Source: Acutalibacteraceae bacterium
GTDB lineage: Bacteria; Bacillota; Clostridia; Oscillospirales; Acutalibacteraceae
NCBI GenBank assembly: GCA_045648125.1
Contig: JAZRNJ010000275.1
Location: 1 to 33,378, forward strand
DNA length: 33,378 nucleotides
Reading direction: 5' to 3'
Part shown: piece after piece, positions 21,785-31,762 of the stretch
Position numbering within the stretch: the stretch's first letter is position 1
Layout: each line of letters opens with the position of its first letter
Program-made: the position numbers and the translations under genes
The notes under the pieces: generated by a model
The model's input: the letters and a program-made list of their open reading frames with translations, nothing else
Told to the model about the DNA's origin: nothing
The model's database searches: none

Positions 21785-23372
21785 AACATATACACCCACT
21801 CCATATATGGCTGAAACTTCACACTATGATAAGGATGCGGCAGACTATGCTGTGGATTTTATCAGTTGTCTGAAGCACACCAAAGGTAAGTGGCACGGAA
21901 AACCATTTGACCTTATTGATTGGCAGGAAAAAATCATTCGTGATATCTTTGGTACAATCAAAGAAAATGGCTATCGTCAATTCAACACGGCATATGTTGA
22001 AATTCCAAAAAAGCAGGGGAAATCAGAAATTGCAGCAGCTCTTGCGTTGCTTCTGACCTGCGGTGATGGAGAAGAGCGTGCGGAAGTTTATGGTTGTGCA
22101 GCTGACAGAACTCAGGCATCAATCGTGTTTAATGTTGCAGCTGATATGGTCAGGTTATGTCCGGCTCTTAATTCAAGAGTAAAAATAAACGAATCTCAAA
22201 AACGCTTGACATATCTGCCGACGATGAGTGTCTATCAAGTCCTTTCAGCTGATGTTGCTAATAAACATGGTTTTAATGTTTCCGGAGTTGTTTTCGATGA
22301 GCTTCATACTCAACCTAATAGAAAACTCTACGATGTAATGACAAAAGGTTCAGGTGATGCAAGAAATCAGCCGTTATTCTTCCTTATAACTACTGCAGGA
22401 GATAACCAGAACAGTATCTGTTGGGAAGTGCATCAGAAAGCACTTGACATAATTGAGGGCAGAAAGAAAGATGAAACTTTTTACCCGGTTATTTTCGGTG
22501 CTCCTATGGATGCTGACTGGACTGACCCTAAAGTATGGGCAGAAGCAAATCCTTCATTAGGAATAACAGTAGATATAGATAAAGTTCGTGCGGCATGTGA
22601 ATCTGCAAAACAGGACCCTGCAGAAGAAAACAGTTTCAGGCAGTTGAGACTTAATCAATGGGTAAAACAAGCAGTCAGATGGATGCCCATGGAAAAATGG
22701 GACAAATGCAAAACTAAAATTGACTTTGAAAAGTTAAAAGGCAGAGAGTGCTATGCAGGTCTTGATCTTTCATCAACAACAGATATAACAGCTTTTGTTC
22801 TTGTCTTTCCCCCTGAAAATGAAGATGAAAAATATATCATTGTGCCTTTCTTCTGGATTCCTGAGGAAAACATCCAATTAAGGGTACGGCGAGACCATGT
22901 AATGTATGATGTGTGGGAAAAACAAGGCTTTTTGGAAACCACCGAGGGCAATGTATTGCACTATGGTTTCATTGAAAAGTTCATAGAAGAATTAGGCAAG
23001 GTATATAACATAAAAGAAATTGCTTACGACCGATGGGGAGCGCCTCAGATGGCTCAGAATCTCGAAGAACTCGGATTTACCGTTATTCCGTTCGGTCAAG
23101 GTTTCAAAGATATGTCACCGGCATCAAAGGAATTGATGAGATTAACATTAGGTGAACAAATAGCTCACAATGGTCATCCTGTATTACGGTGGATGATGGA
23201 TAATATTTTCATCCGTAAGGACCCTGCAGGAAACATCAAACCTGATAAAGAAAAAAGCACAGAAAAAATTGACGGTGTCATTGCAACAATAATGGCCCTT
23301 GATAGGGCGACAAAGCGTGAAATAAGCTCTTTTGTCTCGGTTTACGAAGACAGAGGGCTTTTATTTATTTAA
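21771..23372 (+). CDS. terL: Terminase large subunit (Terminase_1 family)
   Basis: HTKGKWHGKPFDLIDWQEKIIRDIFG, Walker A-like EIPKKQGKSEIAAALAL, FDELH, and a C-terminal nuclease part. Start chosen at ATG 21771 (MRKLETYTPTPY); 21741 and 21807 are alternatives and none has a good SD. Confidence 0.9.
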   Translation: MRKLETYTPTPYMAETSHYDKDAADYAVDFISCLKHTKGKWHGKPFDLIDWQEKIIRDIFGTIKENGYRQFNTAYVEIPKKQGKSEIAAALALLLTCGDGEERAEVYGCAADRTQASIVFNVAADMVRLCPALNSRVKINESQKRLTYLPTMSVYQVLSADVANKHGFNVSGVVFDELHTQPNRKLYDVMTKGSGDARNQPLFFLITTAGDNQNSICWEVHQKALDIIEGRKKDETFYPVIFGAPMDADWTDPKVWAEANPSLGITVDIDKVRAACESAKQDPAEENSFRQLRLNQWVKQAVRWMPMEKWDKCKTKIDFEKLKGRECYAGLDLSSTTDITAFVLVFPPENEDEKYIIVPFFWIPEENIQLRVRRDHVMYDVWEKQGFLETTEGNVLHYGFIEKFIEELGKVYNIKEIAYDRWGAPQMAQNLEELGFTVIPFGQGFKDMSPASKELMRLTLGEQIAHNGHPVLRWMMDNIFIRKDPAGNIKPDKEKSTEKIDGVIATIMALDRATKREISSFVSVYEDRGLLFI

Positions 23373-23384
23373 GGAGTGAAAAAG

Positions 23385-24650
23385 ATGGGAATTTTTTCAA
23401 GAAAAAACAATCGTTCAAGGGATACACCTGAAACAGGGAATCCTCAGAACTCTTTGAGTGGTAGCCAGTATGAGGTGTTTTTCGGAGGTACTACCGCAGG
23501 GGAATATGTTAATGAACGCTCAGCAATGCAGATGTCTGCTGTTTATGCATGTGTGAAAATTCTTTCTGAATCTATTGCTGGACTTCCCTTGCATCTTTAC
23601 AGTTATAAAGATGGCGGTGGCAAAGAAAAAGCAATGGACCACTCGTTATATAATCTCCTGCATGACGAACCTAATCCGGAAATGACCTCGTTTACTTTTC
23701 GCGAAACACTGATGAGTCATCTTCTTTTGTGGGGTAATGCATACTCGCAAATCATTCGCAACGGCAAAAATGAGATAACAGCACTTTATCCTCTTTTGCC
23801 TGATAGAATGACCGTTGATAGAGATAAGAACGGAAAACTGTTTTATGTTTATCAGAAAAACGGCGATGAATCGCCTGACGTAAACAGTGGCAAATATTTT
23901 TTATATCCACATGAGGTATGGCATATTCCCGGTCTTGGTTTTGATGGAGTCAAAGGCTATTCACCTATTGCCATGGCAAAAAACGCCATAGGAATGGGAA
24001 TTGCTTGTGATAAGTACGGTGCTTCATTTTTTGCAAACGGTGCCAATCCCGGCGGTGTTATAGAACATCCTGGCACCATTAACAATCTTGAAAAACTCAA
24101 AAAGAGTTGGAACACTTCATACCAAGGAAGCGGGAAGGCTCATAAGGTTGCAATACTTGAAGAGGGGATGAAATTTAATCCCATAAGTATTTCAAATGAC
24201 CATGCTCAATTCCTTGAAACCCGAAAATTTCAGGTTAATGAAATTGCTCGAATTTTCAGAGTGCCGCCTCATATGATAGGCGACCTTGAAAAGTCGAGCT
24301 TTTCTAATATTGAGCATCAGTCACTTGATTTTGTTAAATATTCTCTTAATTCATGGATTGTCAGAATAGAACAATCAGTTCACAAATGCTTATTGAATCC
24401 TGAAGAAAAGAAAAAGATGTTTGCAAAATTCAATCTCGGTGGGTTACTCAGGGGTGATTATCTTACCAGAATGCAGGGTTATCAGATTGCACGTCAGAAC
24501 GGTTGGATGAGTGCCAATGACATTCACGAACTTGAAGATATGGATCCTATACCGGCAGAAGAAGGCGGAGACCTTTACCTTATTAATGGTAATATGCTCA
24601 AACTCGAAGATGCAGGAGCTTATGCAAATAAAAACGGGAAAGGAGGATAA
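23385..24650 (+). CDS. Portal protein, HK97 family
   Basis: ATG 23385 behind AAGGAG. SAMQMSAVYACVKILSESIAGLPLHLY is the typical HK97-portal signature. Confidence 0.9.
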   Translation: MGIFSRKNNRSRDTPETGNPQNSLSGSQYEVFFGGTTAGEYVNERSAMQMSAVYACVKILSESIAGLPLHLYSYKDGGGKEKAMDHSLYNLLHDEPNPEMTSFTFRETLMSHLLLWGNAYSQIIRNGKNEITALYPLLPDRMTVDRDKNGKLFYVYQKNGDESPDVNSGKYFLYPHEVWHIPGLGFDGVKGYSPIAMAKNAIGMGIACDKYGASFFANGANPGGVIEHPGTINNLEKLKKSWNTSYQGSGKAHKVAILEEGMKFNPISISNDHAQFLETRKFQVNEIARIFRVPPHMIGDLEKSSFSNIEHQSLDFVKYSLNSWIVRIEQSVHKCLLNPEEKKKMFAKFNLGGLLRGDYLTRMQGYQIARQNGWMSANDIHELEDMDPIPAEEGGDLYLINGNMLKLEDAGAYANKNGKGG

Positions 24651-24654
24651 AAAG

Positions 24655-25344
24655 TTGAACAAATTCTGGAATTTCAAAAATGTAAAAAACGAAAACGGAG
24701 AAATGAGAGTTCTTTTTCTCGATGGTGCTATTGCAGAAGATAGCTGGTATGACGATGATGTCACACCGAAAATGTTCAGAGATGAACTGATGTCCGGAAG
24801 TGGTGACATTGAGGTGTGGATTAACTCTCCCGGCGGTGACTGTGTTGCAGCATCGCAGATTTACAGTATGCTTATGGATTACAAAGGCAGTGTAACTGTT
24901 AAGATTGACGGAATTGCTGCTTCTGCAGCCTCTGTTATCGCAATGGCAGGAACAAAGGTGTTGATGGCACCAACTGCGTTGATGATGATTCATGACCCTC
25001 TCACCATTGCATGGGGCAATGCAAAAGAGATGCAGAGAACTATTCAGATGCTTGATGAGGTGAAAGAATCAATTATCAATGCCTACGAACTCAAAACGGG
25101 ACTTTCCCGTACAAAAATTTCTCATATGATGGATGAGGAAACGTGGATATCGGCAAACAAAGCCGTTGAATTAGGCTTTGCTGATGCCGTTTTATTCACA
25201 GAAAACACCAACAACAATGATGCTACTTTTGCTTTCAGTGCGAAAAAACTCACGAATTCGCTTTATACGAAAGTAGCTGGCAAAAACAATGTAACAGGTG
25301 TTCCGGTGGAACAGTTACAGAAAAGACTTAATTTACTTAAATAG
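24655..25344 (+). CDS. ClpP-related prohead (head maturation) protease
   Basis: TTG 24655 behind AGGAGGA. INSPGGDCVAASQIYSMLMDYKGSVTVKIDGIAASAASVIAMAG is the S14 motif containing the active-site Ser. Confidence 0.9.
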   Translation: MNKFWNFKNVKNENGEMRVLFLDGAIAEDSWYDDDVTPKMFRDELMSGSGDIEVWINSPGGDCVAASQIYSMLMDYKGSVTVKIDGIAASAASVIAMAGTKVLMAPTALMMIHDPLTIAWGNAKEMQRTIQMLDEVKESIINAYELKTGLSRTKISHMMDEETWISANKAVELGFADAVLFTENTNNNDATFAFSAKKLTNSLYTKVAGKNNVTGVPVEQLQKRLNLLK

Positions 25345-25356
25345 GAGGAATATAAA

Positions 25357-26541
25357 ATGACAGTACAGGAACTTATGAACAAAAGAGCAAATCTCTGGAA
25401 TCAGGCAAAATCTCACCTTGATAATGCAAAAAGAGATGCTAATGGTTTTCTGAGTGCAGAAGATGCAGCAACCTATGACAAAATGGAGAAGGACCTCCAG
25501 AACTATGATAGCGAAATCAACCGTCTTAAGGCTGCGGAAGAGAGAGAACGTAACCTTTCTCAGGATACATCAGACCCTCTTGTAAGTAGCCCTGTAGGTG
25601 CTGATAACAAGACGGGCAGAGCATCAAAAGAGTATTCACAGGCTTTCTGGAATATGATGAGAAACAAGGGCGTTGTGTCAAATGCTCTTCAAATTGGCAC
25701 AGGTGCTGAAGGTGGTTTTCTTGTTCCTGATGAGTTTGACAAAACTCTTGTTGAGGCACTCACAGAAGAAAGCACAATGAGAAAGCATGCAAATATCATC
25801 AGAACATCACATGGCGAACACGCTATCCCTGTTGTTGCAAGCAAAGGTGAAGCTGCATGGATGGATGAAAGCGCACTTATTGCTGAAAGCAGTGATACTT
25901 TTGACCAGGTTATCCTCGGTGCACACAAACTTGGAACAATGGTCAAGGTATCTGATGAACTTCTCAATGACAGTGTTTTTGATGTGCAGGGCTACATTTC
26001 AAAAGAAAATGCACGCAGACTCTCATATAAAGAAGACCAGGCATTCTTCACTGGTGACGGCAATAAGAAACCTCTTGGTATTCTTGCTGAAACAGGTGGT
26101 GCTGAAATCGGCGCAACAATTTCCGGTGCAAAACTCACTTTTGACGCTGTATATGACCTTATATATAGCCTTCGCAAGCCTTATCGCAAAAATTCAAAGT
26201 TCTTCCTTGCAGATGCTACTATTAAGGAAATCCGCAAGTTGAAGGATAATAACGGTAATTACCTCTGGCAGCCCTCAACACGTGAAGGTGAGTCTGACAA
26301 AATTGCAGGTTATGTCTATGACACATCAGAGTTCGTGCCTGGACTTGCTGATGGCGGTAAAGTTATGACTTTCGGTGATTACAAGTACTATTGGATTGCT
26401 GACAGACAGAGCCGTACTTTCAAGAGACTCAACGAACTTTATGCAGCAAACGGTCAGGTGGGCTTTATGTCAACACAGCGTGTTGATGGTAAACTCATTC
26501 TTACTGAGGCCGTTAAAGCTCTGCAGGTTACTACTGCTTAA
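25357..26541 (+). CDS. Major capsid protein, HK97 family
   Basis: N-terminal coiled-coil delta domain, GAEGGFLVPDEF, and a 394-aa length. SD AGGAGGA. Confidence 0.9.
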   Translation: MTVQELMNKRANLWNQAKSHLDNAKRDANGFLSAEDAATYDKMEKDLQNYDSEINRLKAAEERERNLSQDTSDPLVSSPVGADNKTGRASKEYSQAFWNMMRNKGVVSNALQIGTGAEGGFLVPDEFDKTLVEALTEESTMRKHANIIRTSHGEHAIPVVASKGEAAWMDESALIAESSDTFDQVILGAHKLGTMVKVSDELLNDSVFDVQGYISKENARRLSYKEDQAFFTGDGNKKPLGILAETGGAEIGATISGAKLTFDAVYDLIYSLRKPYRKNSKFFLADATIKEIRKLKDNNGNYLWQPSTREGESDKIAGYVYDTSEFVPGLADGGKVMTFGDYKYYWIADRQSRTFKRLNELYAANGQVGFMSTQRVDGKLILTEAVKALQVTTA

Positions 26542-26561
26542 AGAAATAAGGCGGTGACGGT

Positions 26562-26873
26562 ATGCAGAACTTATTAAAGAGGGTCAAAGAAAACTTGATA
26601 ATCGAGTATGACTCAGATGATGACTTGATTCATGGTTACATAAGGGCTGCAGTTGATTATGCTGAAAAATATCAGCATCGTCCCGAAAACTACTATCAGA
26701 GAGAACCTATGCCGGAAACTACGAGGCAAGCAGTTATTATGCTTGCCTCTCATTTTTATGAGAGTCGTGATGGTTCAACAGGAGGTTTCTTCTCTGATAA
26801 TCCTGCAGCAGCACAAGAAACTCAGACTGCGGTTGACAGACTCTTGAAACTCGACAGGGATTGGCAGGTGTAA
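26562..26873 (+). CDS. Head-tail connector protein (gp6-like, Phage_connect_1)
   Basis: LLKRVKENLIIEYDSDDDLIHGYIRAAVDYAEKY is the typical pattern. Confidence 0.8.
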   Translation: MQNLLKRVKENLIIEYDSDDDLIHGYIRAAVDYAEKYQHRPENYYQREPMPETTRQAVIMLASHFYESRDGSTGGFFSDNPAAAQETQTAVDRLLKLDRDWQV

Positions 26874-26875
26874 TT

Positions 26876-27211
26876 ATGGCATTGGGAAGAATGAATGTTC
26901 AGATTACTTTCCTTGCAGTAGAAAACGATAAGGATAAGGATGGCTTTGTCATTAAAAATACACAACCATTATTGACCGTCAGAGCGTACAAAGAGGACAA
27001 AAACACCACTGAGAAGTGGTCGAACAGAGCGATTTTCAAGGATGTTTCGGCTCTGTTCAGAATACGCAGAAATCCTAATCTGACCGTTGCCACAGACATG
27101 AAAATTGAATGTTCAGGCAAAAAATATAATATCGTTTCTGTTGAAAATATAAAAAACAGAAATATGTATATTGAAATTTTAGCACGTGAAGAAGGCTTGC
27201 ATAATGGCTAA
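26876..27211 (+). CDS. Head closure / head-tail joining protein
   Basis: ATG 26876 (MALGRMNVQITFL). Family-typical ending KKYNIVSVENIKNRNMYIEILAREE. Confidence 0.75.
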   Translation: MALGRMNVQITFLAVENDKDKDGFVIKNTQPLLTVRAYKEDKNTTEKWSNRAIFKDVSALFRIRRNPNLTVATDMKIECSGKKYNIVSVENIKNRNMYIEILAREEGLHNG

Positions 27212-27671
27212 ATTTACAATGCTGAACTCACAAAAATTCGATGAGTTAATGAGTCGGTTTTCAAATATGGAGAGTAATACAGATGCAGTGTGCGAAAAAG
27301 CATTAACTGCAGCAGGAGAAGTTGTCGAAGCAAAGGTACGTGAAAACCTTGAAAGCGTAATTGGCAAAAATCTTAAAGTTGACGGCCGTTCTACAGGTGA
27401 ACTTTTAGAATCTCTTGGAACATCACCAGTGCTTGTTGATGCAAACGGAAACTATTCTATAAAAGTTGGCTTTAATGAACCAAGACGTGAAAAGGCATCA
27501 AAAGTTGCAAGTTATAAAGAGGTAACAAATGCAATGATAGGCAGTGTTATTGAATATGGCAAAGCTGGACAACCACCAAAGCCATTTCTGAAACCTGCTG
27601 TTTTATCAACAAAAAGCAAGGCTAAAGATAAAATGAAAGAAGTATTGGAAGAGGAGTTTGACAAATTATGA
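27204..27671 (+). CDS. HK97 gp10-family morphogenesis protein
   Basis: ATG 27204. IEYGKAGQPPKPFLKPAV is the family-typical C-terminal motif. Confidence 0.75.
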   Translation: MAKFTMLNSQKFDELMSRFSNMESNTDAVCEKALTAAGEVVEAKVRENLESVIGKNLKVDGRSTGELLESLGTSPVLVDANGNYSIKVGFNEPRREKASKVASYKEVTNAMIGSVIEYGKAGQPPKPFLKPAVLSTKSKAKDKMKEVLEEEFDKL

Positions 27672-28009
27672 GTGTTCTCGAAAAAATAGAAAATGTGATG
27701 GCATCTGTCAATGTTTCTGTTGAAACAGGTGTCTTTTCAGATGAACCGCCTTCTGAATATGCTGTTCTAACTCCTCTGACAGATTCATTTGAGGTTTTTG
27801 CAGACAACAAGCCTACTGCAGAAGTATCAACGGTTAGAATATCATTTTACAAAATCGGCAACTATTTAGAGCGTGTGGGACAGATCGTTCAGGCTCTTTT
27901 AGATGCCGGTTTTACAATTATGAACAGAAAACATGTCGGTATTGATACCAATACCGAACATCACAATTACGCCATTGACGTGGCAAAAGAAAAACAATTA
28001 GGAGGTTGA
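27668..28009 (+). CDS. Tail completion / tail terminator-like protein
   Basis: Called from its position between the gp10-like and major tail genes. ATGA overlap with the previous gene. Confidence 0.5.
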   Translation: MSVLEKIENVMASVNVSVETGVFSDEPPSEYAVLTPLTDSFEVFADNKPTAEVSTVRISFYKIGNYLERVGQIVQALLDAGFTIMNRKHVGIDTNTEHHNYAIDVAKEKQLGG

Positions 28010-28013
28010 TTAT

Positions 28014-28604
28014 ATGTCAACAATCGGACTTGACAGTCTCTATTATTCGGTCATCACCGTGGATGAAAAAGGCGAAGAAACTTATGCAACTCCTGTCTCT
28101 CTTGCAAAAGCGATGAAAGCAGACATTTCAGTTGAACTTGCAGAAGCTATTCTTTATGCCGATGATGGTGAAGCGGAGAATGTGAAAATGTTCAAAGGCG
28201 GTAAGATTTCTCTTGGAATCGACGATATCGGTACAACAAACGCAACGGTTCTTACAGGTGCCGATATTGACAAGAACGGTGTTATGATTTCTACCGACAC
28301 TGATATTGCTCCCTATGTAGCAATCGGTTTCCGTGCGATGAAAGCGAATGGTAAATACCGTTATTTCTGGCTTTATAAAGTCAAATTTGCAGTTCCTTCC
28401 ACAAATCTTGCTACAAAGGGCGACAGTATTTCTTTTCAGACTCCTACCATTGAAGGAAGCGTTATGAGAAGGAACAAACTCGACAGCAATAATAAACATC
28501 CGTGGAAAGCAGAAGTAACAGATGGCGATACGGGTGTGCAGGCAGCAACGATCAGCAACTGGTTCAAAACTGTGTATGAGCCGTCTTATGCAGATGCATC
28601 TTAA
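28014..28604 (+). CDS. Major tail protein (phi13-like family)
   Basis: MSTIGLDSLYYSVITVDEKGEETYATPVSLAKAM..LYADDG pattern. SD AGGAGG. Confidence 0.8.
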   Translation: MSTIGLDSLYYSVITVDEKGEETYATPVSLAKAMKADISVELAEAILYADDGEAENVKMFKGGKISLGIDDIGTTNATVLTGADIDKNGVMISTDTDIAPYVAIGFRAMKANGKYRYFWLYKVKFAVPSTNLATKGDSISFQTPTIEGSVMRRNKLDSNNKHPWKAEVTDGDTGVQAATISNWFKTVYEPSYADAS

Positions 28605-28622
28605 AAAGGATGGTAGAACATA

Positions 28623-29033
28623 ATGAAAGCAAAGGTTATTTCCAGTGAAATCAACAAAGAAAGAAGTTCTGTTTTGACGATTCATGGCAAGGAATACGAA
28701 CTTGTTCTTACAACATTTGCAACTAAGGAAATCATTCACCGTTACGGCGGTCTGGATAAACTGGGAGACAAACTCAGTAAGTTTGAAAACCAGGAAGAGG
28801 CCCTCACAGAGGTTATTTGGTTAATTGTGCTGCTTGCAAATCAGCCGATTATGTTGCGTAATGAATTTGAAGGTGCAAATGAAGAACTCCTTACGGAACG
28901 TGAAATGGAACTTTGTTCTACCCCAGGTGATTTGTTCCGCTATAAAGATGCAATCACATCGGCGGTTCTGAAAGGCAGTTTAAGAACCATCGAGAGTGAA
29001 GATAACAATTCAAAAAACATTCAAGACGAGTAA
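28623..29033 (+). CDS. Tail assembly chaperone (gpG analogue)
   Basis: Lies between the major tail and tape measure genes. The slippery site A_AAA_AAC sits at 29012-29018 near its end. Confidence 0.7.
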   Translation: MKAKVISSEINKERSSVLTIHGKEYELVLTTFATKEIIHRYGGLDKLGDKLSKFENQEEALTEVIWLIVLLANQPIMLRNEFEGANEELLTEREMELCSTPGDLFRYKDAITSAVLKGSLRTIESEDNNSKNIQDE

Positions 29034-29221
29034 GTGACGAGGAGACACTTGCTCGTCTTATTTATTGTGGCACAGTCTGGCTTCTTCGCCCTGAGCGTGA
29101 AGTCTGGCTGATGCCTCTCGGACATCTTCTCGACCAAATCGAAATCCACAAGCAACTTAACGGTATGGCAAAACCAAAGCAGGATATAACAATTGATGAC
29201 ATAATCCCTGCGGATATTTAA
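28623..29221 (+). CDS. Tail assembly chaperone frameshift product (gpGT analogue; -1 shift at 29012-29018)
   Basis: The -1 frame stays open from the slippery heptamer to TAA at 29219-29221. It encodes ..KKHSRRVSDEETLARLIYCGTVWLLRPEREVWLMPLGHLLDQIEIHKQLNGMAKPKQDITIDDIIPADI and has no start codon of its own. Confidence 0.6.
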
Positions 29222-29233
29222 GGAGGTGAGAAG

Positions 29234-31762
29234 TTGTCAGATAGTTTTGGTGCAAAACTCGGAATAGAGGGCGAAAAAGAGTTTAAGAATGCCCTCAGAG
29301 ATATAAATTCCTCTTTCAAAGTGCTACACTCTGAAATGAATCTTGTTACTTCTGAGTTCGACAAAAACGATAAATCTCAGGAAGCTGTTACGGCTCGAAG
29401 CAAGGTTCTTAATAAAGAAATCGAGGCACAGAAAGAGAAAATTGAAATGCTTGAAAAAGCATTGGCGAACTCAACGGAATCTTTCGGCGAGAGTGATAAA
29501 AGAACTAAAACGTGGGCGACACAACTTAACAACGCAAAAGCAGACCTCAATAAGATGAACAAGGAACTTGATGAAAATGCTGAGTCCCTTGATGATTCAA
29601 GTGATGAGGCTGAAAAAGCGGGAAAAAGTTTCGATAAACTTGGAACTATCTGTAAAGGAGCAGCTGCTACTATATCTGGAGTGTTTACAGGTGTTGCGTC
29701 AGCGGCCGTTTCTGCAGGTAAAGCTCTTGCAGATATGTCAGTTTCCGGTGCTTCCTATGCTGATGATGTTTTAACGACATCAACGCAGACAGGTATTGCT
29801 ACAGAAAAACTTCAGGAGTATATGTATGCAGCTGAATTGGTAGATGTTTCAACAGACACTTTGACAAAATCAATGGCAAAACAAATCAAGTCAATGAAAG
29901 GTGTTCAGGATGGAACGAAGTTGTCTGTTGAAGCGTACAAAAAACTCGGTGTGCAGGTGCTTAATGCAGACGGAACTATGCGTGATTCAGATACCGTATA
30001 CTGGGAAGTTATAGATTCTCTCGGCAAAATGACAAATGAGACGGAACGTGATGCGTTGGCGATGCAGATTCTCGGTAAGTCTGCTCAGGAACTTAATCCT
30101 CTTATCGAAGCGGGTTCTAAAAGAATGAACGAGTTGGGAGATGAAGCACAAAAAGCCGGTTACATAGTAGGTGGAGAATCTCTCAATGCCTTTGGTGCTT
30201 TTGATGACCAACTTCAATATCTTGATGTTGGTGCAACGGCTGCAAAAAATGCCTTGGGAACTGTTCTGTTGCCTGTTCTTACAGACCTTGCCGGAGATGG
30301 TGTTAACCTTCTCGGAGAATTCACAAATGGTATTCTTAATGCCAATGGTGATATTGGAAAAATGTCAGAAGTTATTGCCGGCATTCTTCCTGAAGCGTTG
30401 AATTCGATTATGAAATATATACCTGAAATCATTGAAATGGTTGGTGTTGTGATTTCTTCTCTCGGTGAGGCTTTAAGTGCCAATATGGACAGTATCATGG
30501 ATGCAGTTAATTCTGTTATATCAGAATTGTTTGATGTGATTTTTACAAGAATTTTGCCGTCTATAATGCCTCATATAACAACACTGTTGCTTAATCTTGT
30601 TGATATGATAGTTGAAAACCTTCCTATTCTTGTCGAAGCAGCTGTTCAGATGATTATTACGCTTGCAAACGGTCTTGCAGATGCTTTGCCAGAGTTAATT
30701 CCACAGATTGTGGAGATGGTTGTTTTGATTGCAAATACGCTTATAGACAACGTTCCTGCACTTATCAAAGCGGCTCTTGAGATAGTGCTTGCTTTGGCAG
30801 AAGGTTTAGGGGATGCTTTGCCTGAATTGGTTGCAGCTGTGCCCCAGTTACTTTCCGGTATTGTTACAGCGATTATAGCCTCTCTGCCTCTACTTTTTCC
30901 GGCAGCTCTTGATATCATTTTTGCCCTGGTTGAAGGTTTGCTTGCTGCGCTTCCGGAGTTGATAGCTGCTGTACCGAATCTCATAATGGGTATTGTGCAG
31001 GGAATACTTGATAATTTACCTACAATTATTCTCTACGCTCCTGAGATTATCACATCAATAATTACAGGCTTAATAGGTGCAATTCCGCAATTGGTAGCAG
31101 CTTTACCCCGTGTGATTATGTCTATTGTAGATACTTTCAAAAAATATGATTGGGGTTCAATCGGCACTAATCTGATGGAAGGCTTGACAAACGGCATAAG
31201 CGGAATGATTAAGAAAGTAACTTCAAAAATCCGTGAAGTGAGTCAGGGAATTGTAAAAGAATTCAAATCATTCTTTGGAATCAATTCTCCTTCAACTGTT
31301 TTTGCTGGCTTTGGTAAAAACCTTCTTGAAGGCTTATGGAACGGTATCAAGAATCTTAAAGATTGGCTTATCGGAAAAATTAAGGGCCTCGGATTATCTG
31401 TTACGAACGGAATCAAAGAAGTTTTCGGTATTCATTCTCCGTCAACCGTGTTCAGAGATGAAGTTGGTGCAAACCTGGCTCTTGGTCTTGGTCAAGGCTT
31501 TGTTAATTCAATGCAGACCGTTTCACAGCGCATGCATGCAGCTGTTCCGACAAATTTTGATGTTAACACAAACGTCGATACTACTTTAAAACGTTCTGCA
31601 GTGACAGGTGCGACTGCATTAGGAAACTCCGTGTTAAGTGGAGTCGTTATCAATATTCAGAATTTTGTTAACAATCGTACTGAGGATGTACAGGAACTTG
31701 CAGAGGAATTGTCTGTAATGGTTGCCACAGAATTGCGTAGAAAGGGTGTTGTGTTCGGATGA
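29234..31762 (+). CDS. Tape measure protein
   Basis: TTG 29234 behind AGGAGGTGA. 842 aa with an N-terminal coiled coil, long hydrophobic ALPELI-type repeats and duplicated FGI(N/H)SPSTVF motifs. Confidence 0.9.
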   Translation: MSDSFGAKLGIEGEKEFKNALRDINSSFKVLHSEMNLVTSEFDKNDKSQEAVTARSKVLNKEIEAQKEKIEMLEKALANSTESFGESDKRTKTWATQLNNAKADLNKMNKELDENAESLDDSSDEAEKAGKSFDKLGTICKGAAATISGVFTGVASAAVSAGKALADMSVSGASYADDVLTTSTQTGIATEKLQEYMYAAELVDVSTDTLTKSMAKQIKSMKGVQDGTKLSVEAYKKLGVQVLNADGTMRDSDTVYWEVIDSLGKMTNETERDALAMQILGKSAQELNPLIEAGSKRMNELGDEAQKAGYIVGGESLNAFGAFDDQLQYLDVGATAAKNALGTVLLPVLTDLAGDGVNLLGEFTNGILNANGDIGKMSEVIAGILPEALNSIMKYIPEIIEMVGVVISSLGEALSANMDSIMDAVNSVISELFDVIFTRILPSIMPHITTLLLNLVDMIVENLPILVEAAVQMIITLANGLADALPELIPQIVEMVVLIANTLIDNVPALIKAALEIVLALAEGLGDALPELVAAVPQLLSGIVTAIIASLPLLFPAALDIIFALVEGLLAALPELIAAVPNLIMGIVQGILDNLPTIILYAPEIITSIITGLIGAIPQLVAALPRVIMSIVDTFKKYDWGSIGTNLMEGLTNGISGMIKKVTSKIREVSQGIVKEFKSFFGINSPSTVFAGFGKNLLEGLWNGIKNLKDWLIGKIKGLGLSVTNGIKEVFGIHSPSTVFRDEVGANLALGLGQGFVNSMQTVSQRMHAAVPTNFDVNTNVDTTLKRSAVTGATALGNSVLSGVVINIQNFVNNRTEDVQELAEELSVMVATELRRKGVVFG

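Noticed and set aside
28128-28739. 203-aa minus-strand ORF
   Set aside because: It is antisense to the major tail protein and chaperone genes, Cys/Arg/Phe-rich, and has no start signal. It is a shadow ORF, as are the other listed antisense ORFs inside structural genes (e.g. 24444..24993, 25526..25967, 30214..30984).
30640-31470. Internal ALPELI-type and FGI(N/H)SPSTVF repeats in the 842-aa protein
   Set aside because: These are ordinary features of tape measure proteins, not a separate element.
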